Assembly (NCBI GenBank): GCA_964016885.1 | Contig: OZ024743.1 | Location: forward strand, 324,198,001-324,262,000 | Direction of reading: 5' to 3' | Length of the DNA stretch: 64,000 nt | Source: Eledone cirrhosa | Lineage: Eukaryota | Shown here: one piece after another, positions 13,340 to 25,099 of the stretch | Position numbering within the stretch: the first letter of the stretch is position 1 | Layout: each line of letters begins with the position of its first letter | Translations under genes and position numbers: made by a program | Notes under the pieces: model-generated | What the model saw: only the letters and a program-made list of their open reading frames with translations | The model's database searches: none | What the model was told of the DNA's origin: nothing

Positions 13340-13596
13340 AATATACAATATATTAATAAATGGAAACTATATTTATAAAACCATATTTATTTTATTATAC
13401 ATATTTCAAGGACAACCAAGGCAAATTATGGTGCGCTTTCATCAGATAAAATACAGATTTGTTTATTTATTTATATTTATTTATAAAACAAATCTGTATT
13501 TTATCTGATGAAAGCGCACCATAATTTGCCTTGGTTGTATAATAAAATAAATATGGTTTTATAAATATAGTTTCCATTTATTAATATATTGTATAT
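13340..13596. repeat. ~120-bp-arm inverted repeat (fold-back) of a hammerhead-bearing repeat
   Basis: Arms are near-perfect reverse complements except for a ~13-nt deletion in the right arm; same family as 62900-63038. Confidence 0.9.
13388..13453 (-). ncRNA. candidate minimal type I hammerhead ribozyme
   Basis: TATTTTAT-CTGATGA-stem II (AAG..ACCA/TGGT..CTT)-GAAA-TATGTA-TA|ATAAAATA; 8-bp stem I. Confidence 0.65.
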
Positions 13597-14388
13597 CAAG
13601 TATGCATAGCTGATCTATTGGACTTTTACGAAGTGCAGAGGGATAAAGTGGATATAAAGAGTGGTGTACTCATGCACAGATACTATAAAATAGCTTATAA
13701 AATAGAGACAAAAAAAGTTGCTATTGGTCAAAAGCAACCTTTTTTTTCACTCAATTTTATAAGATATTTAATAGCATCTCCATGTATGAGCACACCACTC
13801 TTTATATTTAATATAGATATTTGTAGCTGTGAAGCTATACTAGTGACTCAAAGGCCTGGTATTTCAGGCCTAAGGACTTCATAACCCAAACTCCTGGCTT
13901 TAAAGTAACTGGCACAGCTTTACAGTTATAACATATATGACATAGAAATTGCACCCTCGATCATAAGATCATGGGCTAATTACTCTAAAAACCACTTAAA
14001 TTTGAATCAATCAGGGCATAAAACAGAACTGGGTGATAACAGAATGCATAACAAACGAATTTCAAATAAAATATTTTAAAATCTTCTTCAGATTAAATGG
14101 AAACTCTAGTAATTTGGATGTTTTACCTAAATGTTAAATTGAAAGCTATTACCATGCCAACAAAATTAAATAAACAAATAAGTAAAATTATGAATAAAGA
14201 CAAAACTATAAAAAGTTTGCCCTTGTGAAGTCTGTGTGATCTTTCCAAAATTAAATCTTAGTTAAAATGGTATTAGAACCAGCATACATATATATTGACC
14301 TTTCAAATACACATATCTTTTGATTTTGTGGATGGTGCCAAATTTTCCTGAAAACTAATCTCTATATATATATGTGTGTGTATTTATG

Positions 14389-14458
<70 letters not shown>

Positions 14459-14466
14459 ACCTACAG

Positions 14467-14544
14467 ATCATAAGCAACAAGTTCTCAGCAGATATATTGC
14501 AAATGTCAGAAGCTTTCGGATGGTTCCTGTTGATGTTATCTGAA
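14467..14544 (+). CDS. candidate host exon, possible C-terminal helix of a PX domain
   Basis: CTACAG|...GAA|GTAAAT, phase 0, compatible with 8689-8780. IISNKFSADILQMSEAFGWFLLMLSE resembles the PX end LxxSxxFxxFL. The polypyrimidine tract is poor and the opposite strand also has plausible splice sites. Confidence 0.3.
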
Positions 14545-17500
14545 GTAAATGGCAATTCAATGATTTACCAAAATGTCACACTTGAGTAGAATATCTCTTT
14601 TTGGGTAATAATTACATCAAATAATTTGGTAAATAGAAGAATCCAGCAAGAAATATTTTGGTGTCATTTTGCTGGTGTAAGTATTTGCAATGCATTAGCA
14701 TCATCGATTTAATATCTGCCTCAGCATGTTAACACAGGTTGAATAAGTTTATATAACAGTTTAGTCTCATTTAGGTCTATCCTTCATAGCATTAGTTCAT
14801 CTGCAGTTATGTAATGCAATGCTGAATGATAGTGAGATATGTACAGTGAATGCAACACTCTAGTGACTGTGAAAAATAAGATTATACAACTTTAAACTGC
14901 CCCTGGCCCTCTCATAAAAAACTGCTCATTTTAAAATGTTTATATTTATCTAAAAACGTAAAACGTATATTGTAATGTTATGTAAGAGCCATTGTTATGT
15001 TACACACATCAGCTTAAAAATGAAAATGTTAATTATATAACAAAATCCTTCAAAATTCTAATTTTTTCAAAATGATTTGAAAATCATAGGCAGTGTCTTT
15101 CATTAGAAATATGGTAATGAAAGGGTTAAAATACATAGATCAATAGTTACTACCCATCACAATATACCAAAAAAATTGATAGACTTGAAAAAGAATAGTT
15201 CTGGGGTCAATATAGTCAACTATATAAAAGCAATGTCCCAGCATGGCCACAGTCTAACAACTGAAACCAGTAAAAGATTAAAAGACATATTTCTCAGGAC
15301 TATGTCTGTCTTATTTGGAGCATCTAGAAAGGAGATATGTAGTGCAGACATACAACAATATTGTGTTTCTATCTGTGTATGGCAAGCATGTGAAAGACAA
15401 GGGTATCAGTGTTATGTCAATAGCAGTGGATAGAGAGGGTAGTTCTTGGTAGCGACATGTGCAGTGTATACACTGTTGTAGCATATATGTCTTGCTGTCT
15501 ACATACATACATGCCTACATACATACATACATACATACATATATACATATATACATACAGATCATCATCATTGTCATCAACACCACCATTACCATCATTA
15601 ACCTCTATATACACACAACGTCACCACCATCAACACCATCATCTTTTTTTGGCTTCTCTAAGTGTTTAGAATTTGATTCCATACTATTTATCTATGACAA
15701 TGATTTCAGATGAAGGGTATTCACCCCACAGGAAAAAAATTTGAATATTTTGTGGAGAATATTTTCTAAATTTTATATTATATATCTTTTTAATTCCCCA
15801 AAACATGTTTCTTATGTGGAAATGGGGCAGACTGTTTACCAAATTTCTCTCACATGGCATTGCTCAACCCATAGCTATAGTAGAAAATACTTTCAAAGGT
15901 ATCATGCAATGTGACTGAACATCAAACTATATTGTGGTAAAGAGAACTCCTTAACCAAACAACCATGCCATTGCCTGTTTTCTTATTTTAAAAAAATAGA
16001 GACCCCCATGGAATGAACTGGGTTCAAACAACAACAAACACTATATTCCTTGTGGGAGGCTTTCATCTCTTTTAAACTGAAATAACAACAAACTATTGTT
16101 TATATTTGAATTGTGTTTTCCAAACAATGGCAAATAATTACTTGTAATCTCCAAAGATTTCATACCCAAAAACTAAATTTAGTCTCTCCTCCTCAAACAG
16201 AGCTAACGATAAACTAGATCACAGTCACAAAAATCATTAGAACTCGTCCATTATCTATGATAATAATTGTGAATTTCTGTGCATGTATTCACAATGTTTT
16301 CTGGCGTTGTACTTAAGTATAAAAGTAAATAAACAACAAAATCAAATATTGCAAGTTCATATTGTTTTCCTGTATTGAAATAAATTTTGCCTTTTAATTG
16401 TAACTGATTTGCTAAACTGTGACTTAGAATAGAGGCTATGGAATATCATAGAATCAATAAAAAAGAATTGTATAATTTGAAAATCAGTACAGGTTCAAAT
16501 CTCATTGAAGATGGTTGGCTGAGATGATTCAATCATGCCTCTACAGGTTCATATTTGATCTTTGTTTTATTAAGTTGGGATATTTATATTCTAGGAGAGA
16601 GAGGAGGCAGGAGAGAGAAAGAGTGTGTGTGCGCGCACGTGTGAATGTTCTTTCTTTGTTTTGTAACATAGTACTTCAACAAATAGGGATTGATAACATA
16701 AATATTAGGTTGAGATATGTATAGAGATGGATACAATTGCTGAAATTCTCTAAGGTACTGTCCCAATATGACAACAATCTAGATGAATGACTAAAACCAA
16801 ATCACTGAAAGATCCGATTCATTTAAATTGTTATTATAACCACATTACAGAGTGTTCGGGGTGCCTTCTATCAACATTCGTACCATGATAGATTGAACCC
16901 AGTAGACTCTGTAAAGAGGCTGATGGTCAAACACAAAACATTTAGAATAGAGAGGAATTTTCAATTTGGCCATAAATGACAACCTTTCTTTCTAGTGTTG
17001 GTTTAGCAGCAGCTATGAGTGTTGGTTGCAAATGTAGTAATATTTACTAACCTGTCTTAGTAACATTCTCAGCTAGTGCTGATCCCAGCAAGACTCGCTA
17101 GCAAGTGTATGCAACAGTCTGTGTGGTGGCTACATTACAAGGCTGATGAAAACAAGCGATCTGTCTGTTGCAGAGTTGAAAAGACAAATGTGTCTGCTGT
17201 CAAAAATCTCTTATATATCAAAAGATTAGGCAGCCCTGTAAGAACTGTCCCTTTCTTAGATACTCTGACACTGTGAGCCTCTTAGAAGAGAACCGTTATC
17301 TAAGTTTGTGGCTCTGAGGTTGTAGGTCAGTCTTAAAGTAGTGGTGTGTGGCAGATCAAGAAAACCAACTCAGAAAAATGTGTCGAGATTTCGTTTCACT
17401 AGTGCCATGATAAAATACACCCAATATATCCAGTAAAGTGACAGTGCTGGAGACGTTATAAAATGCATCCAGTACACCTAGTAATGTGGTTGGTGATAGG

Positions 17501-18089
17501 AAGGGCATCCAACTATAAAAAACATGTCAAATATGGAACATATGAACAAGATGAGGTCTCTCTGACCTGTCAAGCCATGGACTGTAACAGCTTGTCCAAC
17601 CCATGTGAGGATGGAAGGCAGATGTAAAATGATGATAATGATAATGATGATTGTTCATTTGCTTTGATGATTATATACGTGTGGAACTATAAACATCAAC
17701 ACACCACACTTATTTAAACATGAGTAGCAGACAGTTTGAGACCTTGCAATTGTTCCAAATGCTTGGCTTCATTCTTACTGAGGGTCTCTCATAGCAAACA
17801 CACATCCTAAACATGGCTAGAGCTGCATCTAAATGACTGGCCCTGAGTATGTTGTGGTAGTTTTACCTGCATGTGTGTGTGCATGTGTGTGTGTGTGTGA
17901 GTATGTGTGGTTGCACAACTATCTATCTGTATATATAGCTTCATGGATTGTAACCTTACGTTACTGTAGGTCCCACCAACTTCAGCCACCGATGCATAGG
18001 TGGGTCCATTTAAGTCTAGTACAATGATATTCTGATACCTCCTTCCTACTATATATATATATATATATATATACATACATATATATATA

Positions 18090-18668
18090 TGGTGGCTGCC
18101 AACTCATTTTCGAGTACGGCCACTACTTTATATCCATGTAGGAGAACCCCTACCGATGCGCTGAACAAGTGTGACTTTTTAGTCCAGCCAGCGACTTGAA
18201 AACTCTGGTACAAACACTACACCTGTGACAATTATTGACACATAGTTCTGGGCCCATTGTACCATGTGACGAGAAATGCAGAGAGATCTCCAGATATAAA
18301 ACAATGCCTGTGCCATGAAGCTTTTATAGTGAGCAAAGGCACTGCACAAAGCCAGTCCCACTCTCTTAACCAAGATGATATTTACCAAAAAGAAGAACAA
18401 GTCAACATCATTGGATACCATCAGGGTTGCAGGTGTTATATCAGAGTTTTCCTTCTCCTAGAATTCTGCCTTGACAAAGGCTAAGGGGTCATCTCTCCCG
18501 GTGATTTTGGATGGCCATTGACTCTTAAGAGCTCCTTTGCCCTTTGACAGGTTTTGTTTTTAGTCCTGCAGGATGTCCAAAGTCACCCTCCTCACCAAGA
18601 AACCTTGGTGGGGTTGTCAGTTTAGTCGCTAACCATGGGACAGGTTGTACTGGGATACATGTTACGAG
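18090..18668 (-). mobile_element. short internally deleted RTE-like retroelement (putative 5' UTR joined to ORF end)
   Basis: 3' part translates CSVCTRVFKSLAGLKSH (C2H2-like finger as at RTE ORF ends); 5' part is homologous to 34393-34560; flanked by (TA)n and (TACA)n. Confidence 0.55.
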
Positions 18669-18786
18669 TATATATTTACATACATACATACATACATATA
18701 TGCGTGAACCCCATTCCATCGAGCTTTAAACCCTCTGGTAAAGTTTATACCCAATAATAACAACCCTATTATTATTAATATTATAT

Positions 18787-18948
18787 GGATTGGCAGTATC
18801 GGTAGAGGGTCGGACACCATGCTCTGCAGCAAAGAGTTACGGCCCTTTATGGTCGAAGTTCAAATCCCGCCGAAGTTAACTTTGCCTTTCATCCTTACGG
18901 GGTCGATAAAATAAAGTACCAGTAATGTACTGGGTAATTGCTGGCCTT
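18787..18948 (+). mobile_element. Nin/Deu-domain tRNA-SINE
   Basis: A box TGGCAGTATCGGT, B box GTTCAAATCC, GCCTTTCATCCTTACGGGGTCGATAAAATAAAGTACCAG. Confidence 0.85.
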
Positions 18949-18950
18949 TA

Positions 18951-18987
<37 letters not shown>

Positions 18988-18994
<7 letters not shown>

Positions 18995-19163
18995 TAAAAA
19001 TAGACCGAGAAACAAGAATGTCCTTCATCAGTAGTCTGCTGATTATCTCTGGTATTTCTTCACATTAAAGACTATTTAGTCTTTAATGCAAAGAAATACC
19101 AACGATAATCAGCAGACTACTGATGAAGGACATGCTTGTTTCTCGGTCTATTTTTATTCATAT
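18988..19163. repeat. ~85-bp-arm palindrome containing CTGATGAAGG
   Basis: TGAATAAAAATAGACCGAGAAACAAG...CTTGTTTCTCGGTCTATTTTTATTCA, centre AAAGACTA-TT-TAGTCTTT. Confidence 0.9.
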
Positions 19164-19412
19164 GTTCATATTCGCAACAACGCAGCGCACCATTTTTCAC
19201 TCACACATATATATATATATATATATACATATATATACATATATATACATATATATATATGTACATCAATATTCATCTTTTTCCATTTCTCCGAGGGTTC
19301 TAAACCCCACTATCAGGCTAAATAATTTCTTTAATTTCTTCAATCAAAATACGGCGATAGCTTATATCTATAATCTCAAACTCGCTCGCTGTTTCGAAAA
19401 TATTCTTACTTG

Positions 19413-19711
<299 letters not shown>

Positions 19712-19712
<1 letters not shown>

Positions 19713-21320
19713 ATGCCCTCTTCCTTGTGAGGCAATTACAGGAAAAGTACCTAGCTAAAAGTAAGCCACTCTACTTGGCATTTGTCGACCTTGAGAAAGC
19801 CTTTGACAGAGTTCCACGTGCAGTAATCTGGTGGGCTCTTAGAAAACTAGGAGTAGATGAATGGCTTGTGAAAGCGGTACAAGCCATGTATAGGGGAGCA
19901 GTCAGCAAAGTTAGGATTGGCAATGAGTATAGCGAGGAATTTAGCGTACAGGTTGGTGTCCACCAGGGCTCTGTTCTTAGCCCTCTCCTGTTCATCATAG
20001 TCCTGCAGGCAATAACGGAGGAGTTTAAGACCGGATGCCCATGGGAACTCCTGTATGCTGATGACCTCGCACTCATAGCTGAATCTATGGTAGAACTAGA
20101 GAATAAATTCCAAACCTGGAAGCAGGGACTAGAGAGAAAGGGCCTCAAAGTCAACATGACAAAGACTAAGGTCCTTATAAGTAGACGAGAAAACAGAACC
20201 CAGATCCCCTCAGGGAAATGGCCTTGCTCAGTATGTAGGAAAGGTGTAGGTAGGAACTCCATTCTCTGCCCCAAATGCAAACAATGGGTACACAAGAGAT
20301 GTAGCGGGATCTCAGGAAGCTTAATTAAGAATGTAGGATTCACATGCAGCAGCTGTGCTGAAACAGCAAGCAAACAGCCACAGGAAACAAGTACCACCAA
20401 TCTCTGGGAGGGCCCTGTAGAAACAGTAGACAGCTTCTGCTACCTAGGTGACCGAATTAGCAACGGAGGTGGGTGCTCAGAAAGTACAATAACTAGGGTA
20501 AGAACGGGATGGAAGAAGTTTAGGGAACTACTACCACTGCTAGCTGCAAAAGGCTTCTCCCTCAGAATGAAAGGCAGACTGTATGATGCGTGTATCCGAA
20601 CAGCGATGTTGCATGGTAGTGAGACCTGGGCGCTGAAGGTGGAAGACTTACGTAGATTAGAGAGAAACGAAGCCTGCATGCTCCGATGGATGTGTAACAG
20701 TAATATACGTGAACGACAAAGCATAAAGGAATTGAGAGAGAGACTGAGCATAAGAGGAATCAAATGCTGCGTGCAGGAGAGGCGGTTACGCTGGTATGGA
20801 CATGTGATGCGTATGAAGGATGACAGCTGCATAAAAAGGTGCAGAGCACTAGAAGTTGATGGAAACCGCGGAGTGGGGAGACCCAAGATGACTTGGGATG
20901 AGGTGATAAAAGCCGACCTTACCCAACTACACCTCTCAAAGTCAATGACACACGACCGTGACTTCTGGCGTCACGCAGTAATACAGGGTACCCGACCTCC
21001 CATGGGTACATGCTGAAGCATATAAACAATAAGCCCCCCCCCCCCCCCACCGCAAGGTGGTCGTGGAGGTGCCACGGCAAAAAAGCACCCAGCCCACACT
21101 GTAAAGTGGACGTGTAGGCGCCACGAAAAAGCACCCAGCACTCACTGTAAATGAGGTTGGTGTTAGGAAGGGCATCCAGCTGTAGAAATCAAGCCAGATC
21201 AGTTCCTGTATGAGCAAGGCATGGTCAGCCGACCAGACACTGCCCACAACAGGACAACCCGTCTAACCCATGCTAGCGTGGAAGAACGGACGTAAAACGG
21301 TGATGATGATGATGATGATG
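19712..21320 (+). mobile_element. RTE-clade LINE, subfamily B, 5'-truncated, open RT frame to 21016
   Basis: DLEKAFD, QGSVLSP, YADD, C4HC3 finger and RLRWYGH; 3' UTR; (GAT)n tail running into (TA)n. Confidence 0.97.
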
Positions 21321-21644
21321 ATATATATATATATACATATATATATATATGTATATATACATATATATATATGTGTGTGGTTGTCCATCCATCTATCTAT
21401 ATGCTTGTGTGCTAACATTACTCCCACTCTCAGTCAGCCATTGTTTCAGAAGTAAATGTTTGTTTCTATAGTAACCACAGATACAAATACACCCACATAT
21501 TATTGTGTTTCTTTTCTTTGTTGAAGGAAGTGGGGTGGTGGATGAAAAAAAAGGGTAGGGGAAGTTCATTTGTCTTCTCCCTCCCCCTACTATCACTTCT
21601 CAGCAAATACACCCTCCCACTACAAACTATTTTGTTTACATATG

Positions 21645-21696
<52 letters not shown>

Positions 21697-21917
21697 CACT
21701 GTTACTATTACTACTAGCACTAAATCCACCCTACTACTGCTATCATTACAATCACTATGCCTACAACTTTTACTACTACTACTACCATTACCACCAACAC
21801 CACTATTCCCACCACTACTACTACCACCACCACTATTACTACCACTACCAGTACCACCAACACCACTACCACCACAACTACTACCACCAATACCACTACT
21901 ACTACCACCACCACTAC
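21645..21917. repeat. (CTA/CCA)n trinucleotide repeat
   Basis: Seen directly. Confidence 0.9.
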
Positions 21918-23177
21918 TGGATGAAATCATTGGAAGATGATTTCCAAAGTTACCTGAGACAGAATTATTCATCTCAACAAGTATCTATTTTATTCAACAA
22001 AATTACTGTTTCCTGAGCTATTTTCAACAATATTAGAAAATCCAGAGGATTGGAATGCTTCAGAATTAGTGGAAGCAAAGGGATTCATTTCAATCTTAGA
22101 AGATTTTCAGTTTAAATCTTAATTAGTGGTTTATGAAACCATACGGAGTGGCTCAAAAATTCTGTTTTCAATTCTTCAAAAAGTTTTGCTTGATATTTCA
22201 AAGTGCATTCATGGGGTTGAAAACTTCAAGAAACGATTGATTGATATCAAGAACAAGTTTGAGGAATTTTACTGGTATCGCTGAATCACTGGAGAAGCGT
22301 GATCGATATCAAGAACCAGAAGCTGTTTTAAGAACTTTGTTTAACAACATTTTGGATGAAGTTATTGTTCACATTGAACAAAGATTTAAAACAATGAGAG
22401 AGTTCAGATTTGTTGAATTATTGAATCCAAAGCATTTTCACAGTTACAAAAAAAAAATTCTGATGGAAGCGATTTCATCCTTGGATGTCTATATAAACAT
22501 ATGGATTTGGATGGATTGAAATGAGAGCTGAAATCAGTTTATGCAGCAGATTTTGCAAAGCAAGCGTCAAGCATCCAGGAAGTCGCAGACATAATATGAG
22601 AACTTAAACTAAATCAATCTCTGGCAGAAGTAACAAAATTATTACGCCTGATTCTGACCATACCTGCCACATCTACTTCCTGTCAGAGATTGTTTTCCTC
22701 ATTAAAGTGATTAAATAATTATATGAGGTGTTCTCAAAGTGAAGACAGATTGTGTAATTTGGTCTTCCTTTCCATTAATAGAAACCTTTTGAAGAAGATG
22801 AAGGTAGAGCATGGTGCTGATACATTTTGTAGTAAAGTGATCGATGAATTTGCCAAAAAGAAACAAAGAATTGAATTGATTTAGAAATACATTTTAAACA
22901 ACTTATTAGAAGGTTTTATTATTTACTCAGATTTCTCTCATAACCAATAACGGTCATCATAGTAGGCTTGTCGCCAGGGTGTTACTAAAGGAGGGGACAT
23001 CAAGTCCAGTGGAGAGAGGTATCAAGTCTGAAGCATGTTGGTAGAAGTGCATTTTCTCACATCAAAATTAGCTCATATCACATTCAAAAATGGGGGAGAG
23101 GACAAAGAATAATTTTCTGATGATGGGGGGGGGGGGGGAGTAAGGCCCCACAACCCCACTCTCTGCCATAGCAATTG
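21918..23177 (+). mobile_element. hAT transposon, 3' half, degenerate transposase
   Basis: KLLRLILTIPATSTSCQRLFSSLK*LNNYMRCSQSEDRLCNL matches the hAT dimerisation domain; multiple stops and frameshifts; GC-rich TIR-like end near 23140-23177. Confidence 0.85.
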
Positions 23178-23215
23178 GATTGCATGCTCTGCTTTCCAAG
23201 TTACCCTTCACACTG

Positions 23216-23245
<30 letters not shown>

Positions 23246-23246
<1 letters not shown>

Positions 23247-23705
23247 GGAGGCACATGGCTTTTATATATATATATATATATATAAAAAAATGGAGGCACA
23301 TGGCCTTGCAATCGAAAGGTTGTGAGTTCAATTCTCAAACCAGGTGATGTGTTGTTTCCTTGAGCAAGACACTTTATTTCACACATTGCTCCAGTTTACT
23401 CAGCTGTAGAAATGAGATGATAGGGACCTGCTTGCAAGGGTGGGACAGGAACTGATTCTGGCTTGATTTCTACAGCTGGATGCCCTTCCTAACACCAACC
23501 TCATTTACAGTGAGTCCAGTCCCTATCATTCCACTGCAAAGTGCTCGTGGAGGTGCCACAGCAAAAAAGCACCCAGCACTCACTGTAAATGAGGTTGGTG
23601 TTAGGAAGGGCATCCAGCTGTAGAAATCAAGCCAGAATCAGTTCCCGTCCCACCCTTGCAAGCAGGGAAAAAGCGGACGTAAAATGAAATGATGAATGAT
23701 GATGA
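23246..23705 (+). mobile_element. CORE-type tRNA-SINE with RTE-derived tail and an internal inverted duplication
   Basis: CCTTGAGCAAGACACTT block; tail matches RTE-B 3' UTR blocks; 23428-23515 is the reverse complement of 23577-23665. Confidence 0.85.
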
Positions 23706-23958
23706 AAAACAACAACAGAAGGCTGGACTGGAAAATTTACTTTAGAATTTTAATTCCGCGAAAGCACTATACATATTTCGATAGCCCAGCTCTATCATCC
23801 AATTATGATGCAAGACTAGGCAATTTCATCAGGTGTTATTTGCAGAATTATGTAACAGGATTACGTTGAACCCAAACTTTGAATAGAAAATAGGAGATAG
23901 AAAAAATAGAAGTTAGAAAATAGAAAATTTGATTCGGGGATAGCCTGCTAATATGTGT

Positions 23959-24034
<76 letters not shown>

Positions 24035-24204
24035 TGCGTGTGTGTGTGTGTATACAGACACACACACATCACAACCTCGACCATTGGCACTACCAACACC
24101 AGTTGCTTCTGTTTTGTAGTGGTAGTGGATATGGGGTTGATTGTGGAAGTGGTCGAGGTTGTGGTGGTTTTGTATGACTGAGGTGGTGGGGTAGGGTTGC
24201 TGGA

Positions 24205-25020
24205 TGTAATAATTGTTTCTACTTTTGGCACAAGGCGAGCAATTACCCAGCTCCGCTGGATGTGTAATAGTAATATACGTGAACGGCAAAGCATAAACGA
24301 ACTAAAGGAGAAATTAGGAATAAGAGGGATCAGATGTTGTTTACTCGAGAGAAGACTACGTTGGTACGGTCACATGATGCGCATGAAAGACGACAGCTGT
24401 ATAAAAAAGTGCAGGGCGATAAAAATAGACGGTAGCCACGGAGTAGGCAGACCCAGAAAAACCTGGGATGACTTGATAAATTCCGACCTCACACACTTAC
24501 ACCTCTCCAAGACAATGTCACTGGACCGAGATCTTTGGCGCTACGCAGTTATACAGAAGACCCGCCTTGCCTAAGTACAAAGCGAAACCTAGTCAGTAGG
24601 CACCTCTAACAAAATACACCCCGGTCCCACTACCCCCACCCCATCCACACCACCCCTTTCGATGTAAAGCTATGTTGGTACCACAGCATCCAGTCCTAAA
24701 TAAATGAGGTCGTGTAGGTATCACGACAAAAAAACACACAGCCCACGCTGTAATGTGGCCATGTAGGTAACACGGTAAAAACCTCCCAGTCCACACTGTA
24801 AACGTGGTTGGTGTTAGGCAGGGCATCCAGCCATAGAAAACCCACCAGACAGTCCTATATGAGCAGGACAACAAATCTTGCCTCACGTGGGAAACCTCCC
24901 GTCCAAACCCATGCTAGCGTGGAAGATGGACGTTAAACGATGATGATGATGATTACTGGTACTTTATTTTATCGACCCCGTAAGGATGAAAGGCAAAGTT
25001 AACCTCGGCGGGATTTGAGT
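24205..25020 (-). mobile_element. Nin/Deu-domain SINE split by an RTE insertion (halves 24205-24250 and 24953-25020)
   Basis: The two halves join to match the intact copy at 61200-61385. Confidence 0.85.
24251..24952 (+). mobile_element. RTE-clade LINE, subfamily A, 3' fragment
   Basis: [14 protein letters not shown]...RLRWYGH, 3' UTR and (GAT)n tail. Confidence 0.95.
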
Positions 25021-25099
25021 GATGATGGAATGGCAGTGATGGCTGTGGTGTTGGTGCATGTGGTGGTGATGAAGGTGATGTTAGTAATGGCAATGGTAG

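Noticed and set aside
18787-18875. tRNA gene
   Set aside because: A and B boxes belong to a multi-copy SINE head; the spacing and cloverleaf do not fit a tRNA
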